This document shows positions 54,307 to 64,000 of a DNA stretch of 64,000 bases, piece by piece. The position numbers were made by a program, and so were the translations under genes. How positions within the stretch are numbered: the first letter of the stretch is position 1; each line of letters opens with the position of its first letter. Source of the DNA: Octopus sinensis (Eukaryota); the NCBI RefSeq assembly GCF_006345805.1, contig NC_042999.1, forward strand, positions 92,876,001 through 92,940,000, given 5' to 3'. Below the pieces are notes generated by a model. That model made no database searches, was not told the DNA's origin, and saw only the letters and a program-made list of their open reading frames with translations.

Positions 54307-55374
54307 AAACAAAATGAGAACAAATATCCGTCAAATGTAAATAATGTACATAATTCCTCATCTCTTAAATATAGAACTGTAAAATTTCCTTTGTTTCAGA
54401 AATTGAATTCTCTTTAAGGTGTTCTCTGAAAGCCTAATCTAATTGTTTTCTCATTGCCGTTTCATTTAACAGCGATAATTTTGCTCCGTACACTAAAACC
54501 GTACAATATATGCGCAAAGCATATGGCGATTTTAAAAACGTTACTATGTGTGTTAAAGTGAATTCTGATCAAGTACATCTGTCATAAAAGGTATTTTCAA
54601 ACCTACTTTTAAGATTTTGTAGGAGCACATTATTCAGTGTGTTCATTACTTACTGAAGATATGAGGGTCTATGTCACAGGTAAATCAATTGACCACACAT
54701 ACACCGAACTGGAGTCGGGTTTTTATAACCTGTTTGGACACTTTTATTACTTCAGTTATCAAAATTATAATATTTTTGATGCTATTTAAAATTATATCTA
54801 TTTCTCGCTATATCCAATGCTGCTTTTGTTCTCTGTCTTCTTGTTGTTTACCATCAGGTAGGATCTTACCTTCTGTTTTTGATGCTTGATTGAACAAACT
54901 TATAAATAAAAGCAGAATAGGCATGACACCACTTTCTTCTCTTAAGCATAGTTTAAGAGACATTTCGCAGATCGGACAACTACGTGAAGGTTCAATCACA
55001 TTTATTTTGTATTTAGGTTTCATGGGACAAGGTTTCGTGCTAAGACCTCGATTATTAAGCGAATATATCTGCTATTATTCCATGTCTAATACAATTTCAG
55101 GTTAAATACATTTTAAACTGCAACCCTATACTTATTTCACTCAATCCAAATACAATTTTATTCTTTAAATTATTTCAGTCATCCTTCATACAACCTTCAA
55201 AAGATTTAGTCCAACTGAACAGAGTAAGTTATTTTTATTCTTTTTTAAACATGTCACTTATTTTGTAATTTCTGAAGAACTGCTAAAAGAATCCAAACGA
55301 TCTCAAACCTGTTGTTAAGCATTAATGCAAAACTGCACATCCACAATGACACATACATATACATATACAACGTA

Positions 55375-55525
55375 CTTCTGCAGATTTTTCCGCTTATTAA
55401 ATTCTCTCACATGTAATTTGTCGGCCCGAGGCTATAGTAGAAGACACTTGCTGAAAATGCCATGCACTAAGATAGAACCCGAAGCTACGAGGATGTGAAG
55501 TGAACTTCTTCAAGCAGCCATGGAT
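55375..55525 (-). mobile_element. SINE family 1 head fragment
   Basis: GTCGGCCCGAGGCTATAGTAGAAGACACTTGC is the reverse complement of the family 1 body. Confidence 0.75.
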
Positions 55526-56102
55526 ATTGTTGAATATTTTCGTTATCTTAGTTGTTCACTTGAGTTTCTATAGTGATATTAATTATAGGTAAATCTTGGT
55601 CAGTGTCAATGAAAGCGTCTTTACAAAGTTATTTGCCATGTCAAAAATATAATCGCAAACCTCCTCAAATAACAGTCAGCAGACGTAACTATAAAATTTC
55701 AAAATAATTACGTTTCTGAAAGACATTATTCTAAAGTCTATAATTGCGAAACCATACTGATGTGATTTTGGCTTAGTCTACAATACGTAACATTTTGCTT
55801 TAAGTTACCTAATTGCTTTTAGGCACTGAAAAAAATATTTCTCACTCAAGTCGCTTGAAGGACCTAGCAAAGATTCTATATACGCCTGTCTCACACAAAT
55901 GTAAACATATCCTAAAAAATAGCAATAAATATATTTTAATTGAATGTGTATGACAGCCGTGGATTTTACGCCATTCTGTGTCAAATCACATGCTCACGCA
56001 CAAACACAGTCACACACAAACACACTCACACGCGCGCGCACAGACACACGCTTATACATTAACAGAGAATAACCTACTAAACACACGCTGTATAGTATCT
56101 TT

Positions 56103-56490
56103 TATTTTTTACTTGTTTCACCGAATTGACTGCGACCATGCTGGAGTACTACTGTGGGCACTGCCTTGGGGTACCACCTGGGGCATCACCTGAGGCATCA
56201 CTCGGGTCGTCGCCCCGGTCGAGCAAATCGACACTAAGATTTTATATTTTTTTAATCCTAGTACTTATTCTATCGGTATCTTTTGACGAGAGGTTCCAGT
56301 ACGTAAATGTACCAACACCGGTTGTCACGCGGTGGTGGGTGAAAAATACACACACACATACACACACACGCAAATATATGTATATACATGCATAATACAT
56401 ATACATATACATATAACCAAATCCACTCACAATTCTTTAGTCCGTCCACGGCTATAATAGAAGTCACTTGCCCATGGTTCAGCTTCTCAC
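56103..56490 (-). mobile_element. SINE family 1 copy with an internal 12-bp tandem expansion
   Basis: Tail reverse complement TACTTGTTTCA...GACTGCGACCATGCTGGAG; body CCAAATCCACTCACAA...GGCTATAATAGAAG. Confidence 0.8.
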
Positions 56491-57039
56491 TACTCACCCG
56501 CTCCTGCGTCTGGCTATAGTTATATGACTGCGCAGTGTATATTTGTTATGTTTGCGTTTATACATTCATTTAAAAGAGTAGAACCATCCATGAACGCAGA
56601 ATTTATTCAAATTTAAATGTCCGCTGATATAACGTCACATATAAACGGAACTGCAGTTTCATAAATCCAACAATAGGTAAACTAGATTTCTCATCAGCAG
56701 ACGTTTTAAGTCCTTTTTGTAAGAGAAATATTGTAAAAGAAAGTTAACAACTGATTTATAGTAATGCAACATTGAATGGTTTAATAATATAGGAGGTATG
56801 CTGCATACGTACCTAATGAAATATTATAGAACTAGCAGGATCCTCAGAAATTACACGCTTATTTTACAAATTGTATGATGAAATGGTTTATTTTTCTGAA
56901 ATATTCGATACTCAGATGTAAAAATCCGCATAGGCAGTATTAAAGGAACAATCAATCAATCAATCAATCGAGCAAATGACCAGTCATTCAATAAATCAAT
57001 CAGTCAAACAATTAATCAATTACTCTGTCTGTCTGTCTA

Positions 57040-57185
<146 letters not shown>

Positions 57186-58417
57186 ATCTGTTTATCTATA
57201 TATCTATCTATTTACATGTCTGTATATCTTCATGTCTGTCTCTCTGTCCTAAATTTCTGTGGATGTATATATTTACCTACTCTGATAATACAGATAATCA
57301 TTTAAACCCGAAGAAAATTAAAATCCTACGTAACTAAGATGCCTCAGAATAGCCTCAGGCCTTGGATTCCTACATATAAAACGCTAAAATTAACATCCAC
57401 CGTTATTTGCTAAGGTTATGTGCCGGTATATCTAGCGTCCGTCTTTCTGTCTCCTTCTTGTCAATTAATGTATCCCCATAGATACGCCGACAGATAGAGA
57501 TATAGAAATGGTTACACATTGAATCCTGTAACAACTACTAAACTTTTATTTTTATTGTCTGTCACACTATTCTATTATGCTGTGTTTAATATTGTGCAAT
57601 TGCTTTCCATTCCCGCATTTCTTTCAATCAACACTCACCCTTCCATTCTCTCTCTGCCTTTCGCTTCAACTTCCCCACATGCCACTGAACTAACATTTGT
57701 ATACCTCTCTTTTTCTACTTTCTACGTCATTCTTCAACTAACTAACCACACAATACAATAGAATACGTCTCCCTTGCCTCATATTACCGACACGCTTGTC
57801 TCTCTCATTCTGTGTCTCCTTTGAATCCAGTTCATGGTAACGACATGCATTCAGTCTTAGGGTAATAACTATTATTTTCCCCCTTCCACACGTCGTTAGC
57901 GCTGTTCTCTCACTTTTTCTCTCGCTCTTCGCTTCTCGCTTCAACTAACCATTTGATGGCGCAAATATTTCCGCCTTAGTGTATTGATATACAAACCTGC
58001 AGTGCCCGAGGAAATTCCACGCTAAATGCGAAATTGTTCAGACGGTTGGAAATTTATATAACACCATAAACATTGGTGTTTGTTTTGAAACTGTATATTC
58101 TGTATTGTCCTCTCGATAAGGCTGTAATTGAACGAGCATGAATCTCCAATTCTCGTAGCAGTTCAGGCATTCCTTTTAAATATAAGAGCTTCACCATGAT
58201 TACAAGGAATGTTCATATTACCAATTTGGCAACTTTAAACAATATTCACAGTTTTTTTTTTTTTGCTTTTTTCTCTCATTTCTATTTTCTCTTCAATCGT
58301 GAACACCTCTTATGTGCTGTAAATACTCATTGCATTCTCTTTGATTCATATTTTCTCTTCTACATACACACATACATACATACGCATATACATATATGTG
58401 TATTTATCTTTGTCTCA

Positions 58418-58501
<84 letters not shown>

Positions 58502-58530
58502 TTATTTATATGTGTGTGTATGTGTATGTA

Positions 58531-58591
<61 letters not shown>

Positions 58592-58814
58592 ATGCATATC
58601 TAATATTCATGTAAACATCAGTTTGCAATATTGTTTTTGTAATTGCCATTCAATGTGACTCGGGTTTTAAAACACCTATATTGCTAGAAAGGGGATAACC
58701 GTCCGAAAATGCATTTTTCGAATGACTAAGGTCCCTGTTTACAATAGTAAGCTTTGAGCACTGCATTGGAGCATTTTGGCTCATATTTATAGCAATTTAG
58801 ATGTATATATATAT

Positions 58815-59484
58815 AAAGGGGTAAAGAACCCCCTTCGGTCATGAATGACCATGGGATTGCACCTAGAAAGTTACCCTCCTAGACACAAGTCCGGGCAAGG
58901 TTGTTTATGGAAGGCTAGCAGTCGCGCATGCGTACCAGCCTCCCTCTCCACGCCACCAGTGTTATCCAAGGGAAAGACAAAGGTCGATACAGCTTGGCAC
59001 CAGTGACGTCGCAACTGGAGCAACGTGAAAATAAAGTGCCTTGCTCAAGAACACAACACGCAGCCCGGTCCGGGATTCGAGCTCACAACCTCACGATCGT
59101 ATGCTCGATGCTCTAACCACTGATATATATTATTTAGCGCTCCATCGATTACGACAACGAGGGTTCCAGTTGATCCGATCAACGGAAGAGCCTCTTCGTG
59201 AAATTAACGTGAGCACCGCACAGACAGGTGTACCCTTAACGTAGTTCTCGGGGAGATTCGGCGTGACCTAGAGTGTGAAATAGGTACAACAGAAACAGAA
59301 AGATAGAGCGAGAGAAATTTGTGATGTAACAGTACAGCAGGGTTCACCATTACCCGCTGCCAGACCATCATGCAGCTTTAGGTGTTTTCGCTCAATAAAC
59401 ATTCACAACACTCGGTCTGGGAATCGAAACCGCGATCCTACGGCCGCGAGTCCACTGTCCTAACCGCTGGGCCATTGCGCCTCC
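58815..59484 (-). mobile_element. Stack of three minus-strand SINEs (58815-59123; family 2 tail 59137-59280; family 3 59290-59484)
   Basis: B-box-like GTGAGCTCGAATCCC head in the first copy; the other two match 19500-19620 and 47015-47312. Confidence 0.85.
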
Positions 59485-59745
59485 GGTAAACTACATGTAG
59501 GTCAGACGAGCCGTCGCCTGGCCGACCGGTTCACCGGACATTTAAGGGATTTTCGTCTACGTTCGAACACCCCCGTCGTCCGTCAATTCCGCTTGGCGAA
59601 CCATTTCCCCTCTAATATCTCCGTCTTTGGACTCACTCTACACCACGGATCGACACACTCACAACTCCGCCTGGAACAGTAGTATATCGTTAATCTACGA
59701 ACAACTATCCCACCCGAACTAAACACAGCCCCCTCCTCCTATTGA
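59485..59745 (+). pseudogene. Penelope-like element GIY-YIG endonuclease C-terminal fragment
   Basis: GKLHVGQTSRRLADRFTGHLRDF...TPVVRQF...NISVFGL...RLEQ*YIVNLRTTIPPELN matches the YIG.T.R....R..EH...E...I..L.T..P.GLN pattern; one stop; cut on the 5' side by a SINE. Confidence 0.8.
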
Positions 59746-59899
59746 TTACCTCTACACCTCTTTCAACAAAGCAACATTATTTCAATTTTCATTTTTGTTT
59801 ATAATTGCGCCATTTATATTGCATTAACTTTCTTATCTCATTTCAACCTTAATTTTTATATTTTATTGTTTTTATTAATTTTTTGTTTTTATTTCTATA

Positions 59900-60510
59900 T
59901 ACACGCACAAATACACATACGTACATAACAACGAACGCGCATATACCTCTCACACACACCACACACATACACTACACATACATGCACATATACACACATA
60001 CTTCCACGCCCATACACACACGCCCACATACACCCACGCGCACAGACACATATGTGCGTACACACACACACATGTGCACAAACGTACACACACATATAAA
60101 CGTACACACAACCACATACACAAACATACTCAAGCACACGCGCATACACGCAATAAAAGGCACACATAACCCGACGCATCTCCACGTTCACCCACACATA
60201 TATACATGCACGCACATACACACATGCACACACGCACATATAGACACATGCTCTTATATACACACGCACATACATATACGCACACACACATATACACACG
60301 TACACACACACACACACACTAGCACATATTCGCACATATACCTCCAACACACACGACCTTACAATTGTGAGTGCAACACCCTAGCCACTAGGTCCCGCAC
60401 CTTCACACACTCACACGCACACACATGTTTACGCACACGTATCCATACACGCATGAACATACAGGCACATGCATACACACAAAACACACACACATATATC
60501 TTTATGTGAA
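59900..60510. repeat. Long degenerate (CA)n/(CATA)n tract
   Basis: Direct inspection. Confidence 0.95.
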
Positions 60511-60795
60511 AGTTGTAAAGTGTATTCAATTATATATTTTACATGGCGCAAACATTATCTGATATAGAACAATATTTTAGTTTGAGTGTTCAGATAAGTT
60601 TTATTTTATCAGCTCTGAAAACCCCAGCCTACAGCCAGCTTCGGATATACTGAAAGTACACCCCTACGCACGCACACATGTATGTATACATGCAAATATA
60701 CATATTTGTCTATCTCAATATATTGATGTAATTGATGTACGTATATTTTCATATATATATATGCCTGTACATATGTATGTATATATGTACGTATG

Positions 60796-60830
<35 letters not shown>

Positions 60831-61411
60831 TTGTGTGAGTGTGTGTGCGCGTGTGTGTGGGTGTGTTTCTCATGTTACTCTCATAACTGATCCATACTAC
60901 ACGCACATATCGGGATACAAATAACATAAAAAAGAAAGCGAATAAAATCCAAATTTCCTACATACCTATTGGCTTCAAAGGATAATAATATATGAAAAGA
61001 ACTGATCCTTTGAAACTACAGATCTGTTTTCGAATTTCACTGACAATGTGCTGCATCATGCTTTCAATTCTTTATGCAGTTTGTATCGAAATTGCTGTCT
61101 TGGAAAATTTACTCATACAGAAAAACATTAACTGCAGTTGCTATCAAACACATACTTGGACTATTGAAAGAGTGCGTATTTTTTTTTGTTGCAAAGGTCA
61201 TTGCAAAAGAATCTTGGTTTATCACAATAAATCTGACATTCAGGAATGCAGTTACTTTTCCTTTAAAGTCGATTAATAAATTCTCATGCATAAATATCAA
61301 AAAAAGTATATATAAAGTATACATAAGTACACCCTCACATATATATGCACATATACGTATATACATACATATACATATAAATATATATGTAAGTATGAAT
61401 GTATGCCTGTA

Positions 61412-61458
<47 letters not shown>

Positions 61459-61558
61459 TATATATATATGGGGAGAATTCACAAAAAAACTAAAGACGAA
61501 AACAGGTGGTGTAGAAAACAAATAGATATATTAGTATAACGCTCGGGAAGTGAAAATG

Positions 61559-61597
61559 TCTTTAACGTTTCGAGCCGACACTCTTCTACAGAAAAGA
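61559..61597 (-). ncRNA. Hammerhead-like motif with a variant core (CUGUAGA) in a short repeat (about 61480-61640)
   Basis: UCUUUU-CUGUAGA-A-GAG-UGUCGG-CUC-GAAAC-GU-U-AAAGA: stem II GAG/CUC, palindromic ACGU, weak U-A stem I; A6 of the core is replaced by U. Confidence 0.4.
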
Positions 61598-64000
61598 ACA
61601 CAGAAAGAAACAAGGAGAAAAAATAAAGAATGTGTAGAGGTTATATATATGCATATGTAGTACGGCTGTTGCTTTATTTATTAAGTTGCATAAAAGTTTG
61701 TGTATTAGCAGCTGCAAGTCCTCAGTATGTTTTGAGAACATATACACAATTAGTAAATTAATCTGTTAATTCGTTCCAATATGTCTCTTGCTGTTAAAAT
61801 GTTTCTCGCAGCATAGTGTATTTGGATGGTGCATTAACTAAAAATATATCTGGTTTTCTAGCCACTAAAATGGTGAATTTAAACACGGAGGTCATTAGAA
61901 TAGTGAATTATTGATAAAGGTGTAAGTGGTTGACATGTTCAAGCACTATATATTCTCCATATTTAAATATTGCTTCTAGGAAGGAAATTTAAATGTATGT
62001 GTCAAAGAAATGAAATTTGATAAAGTAGGAAATATCAGCAAGGTTATTTTATTCAGCAGAAAAGTGATAGTAAAGGTTTTATGTTTGCACACATATCCGG
62101 AAAAAATATGTAAAAGCCTGAAAAATATATAACATTTCCTTTCAAATATTGCATAAAATATTAAATTATTTATGAATGCATCAAATTTGGTAAAAATGGC
62201 AACCTGAAATGCAAATAACATTAATCATCACATCCTTCTTTGAAAGAATAACTCTTTCTTTATTCCTCTCTTTCTCTCACTTCTCTCTCTCTCTCCCTCT
62301 CTCTCTTTACTTCTGTGTGTCTCTCTATCACATCTTATACTCCACCTAGTCATACATGTGTTCCTTAAAGCTCCTAATGCTCTTATACTCGCAACCCAGA
62401 TAAAAATTAAACTTTGGAAGTATTGTCTTACGTTTCCTATTGTTCATTCTAGAAATAATATAAAACCCTCTATACGCGTTACATTATTCTGCACTGACTG
62501 TTATTTAAGACTAAATTATATTCAATACTGAAGATTCCATTCTTTATACTTTATCTTAACTTTTTATTCACATCAGTTATTGGAATTTAGCCATACTGGC
62601 TCACGCACGTAAAACATTTTAATAGTTTATATCAACACCAATTATTTTTCACGTACATATTGTATTCACTTCCTAAGAAATAAACAGTGTAAAAGCGTAT
62701 TAATCAATCGAAATTAAATACCATAGAAAATATATTCAAGGCACCGATTTATTTCTTGCTCCGATACATACACGCATACATACATGTATATATATATATA
62801 TACACATTGTGTGTGTACAGTTAGATGTTCTATAGCTACTGCATGAATTAGGGCTTGACGTAGTTTATCATTATCCAGCCAGTTTCCAGTATAGTGGTTA
62901 GTCTTTTACTCTACTTAGTATTGTTTCTGGTTATTATATTTAGAGCATCTGTAGGAGAAAATGTTGATAAACACGGGTAGAAATTACGATTATCCTCATA
63001 CATCTCTATCTATCTCTCAATCTCTCTTTTTATCTCGCTCTAACTCTCCCCTCTCTCTTTCCTCTCTCTTTCTCTTTCTCTCGATATACATGTTTTGTTT
63101 TTGTTATTGCTTTTGTTGTTTTTTTTCTGTTAGTTGACTTTAACCTTATTGCAAAATTATTCTTATATGGTTGTGATGTTGGATGTTACATGAGAGAGTA
63201 TTTACTCCATTCATTCTTCCTATTGAGTGATGGTGTGTGTGCGAGTGCCCACGTGTGTGTGCGTTTGTTGCGTCAGAATCTACTTATAGCCCCTGTAATC
63301 TCTCAAAATTTAGGGATTTTCGGATGTGCCAAATATTCTTCCTTCAACCGCGTTTATCAATCCATTGTGTAAAATATGGATATCAATTTCTGTTTAGTAT
63401 GTTCATGCCTTTGATCATATCAGTTATACCTTGCGGCGTTTTTCCTATATAGGTAATGACACCACCTTTGCATCTCATGTGAGATACTAGGTATATAGTT
63501 TATCTGTGGATCAATTATTCACACTTTCAACTGCACGTAGAAAGTTTTTTCTCTTAAATGGATTTGAAATATGTGATAATGACTTGATGTATATGGTGGC
63601 CTTTCCTATCACTTTCATTTCAAGATTTGTTCCATATCGCTCTTTCCTACATTTCTGGGTTAGCTCACCTCTCAGTGAAACTTGAGAAGTCTCACATCTT
63701 GGAATTTCCTACAATCATTTCGGGAGCTTTCCTTGCCTAGTTTCTTTTTTTCTGTTTAAGAATTTATTCCAGTATATAGGCGTCCTCCTATTGCATTATT
63801 TTATATATCAAACTTCCTATATGTCACTCTTTGCATTCTGATTCTGCTCGTTGGACGTACCCCGAGATTTGCACACAGTGGCAACGACCTGTTTTGTATT
63901 ATCCTGGATGTTCCGATGTGGGAAGGGTTTGAACTGCGAGATGGTGTTTATGTCTACTCGTAACTAAATACCATCTACCATCATAGTAAATAAATATCAT

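Noticed and set aside
63600-63960. Possible RTE C-terminal relic on the minus strand
   Set aside because: Only a faint GHVQR-like trace; too degenerate to support a call.

Overview
Eukaryotic, AT-rich, repeat-dominated window with no confidently identifiable host gene. The SINE families and very dense (TA)n, (CA)n, (TATC)n, (ACAT)n and (TAA)n microsatellites look like an Octopus-type (coleoid cephalopod) genome; this is recognition-based inference. Nearly all ORFs in the supplied track are microsatellite translations. Supported content: (1) several R4/Dong-clade RLE-type LINEs sitting in (TAA)n/(GAA)n tracts, including a young 5'-truncated copy at 52053-54170 interrupted only by four single-base frameshifts; (2) relics of Tx1-like, RTE-like and CR1/L2-like LINEs; (3) two mariner and one Tc1 transposase relics; (4) non-autonomous Helitrons with swapped 5' bodies; (5) at least three tRNA-derived SINE families; (6) Penelope-like element (PLE) debris (GIY-YIG fragment, RT relic); (7) long foldback elements. 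The most notable signal is a dispersed set of minimal type I hammerhead-ribozyme motifs with palindromic stem III, in several unrelated short repeats. The best are at 13670-13706 (+) and 40876-40951 (-). All folds and alignments were done by eye. Frameshifts and copy differences at homopolymer runs suggest residual long-read consensus errors.
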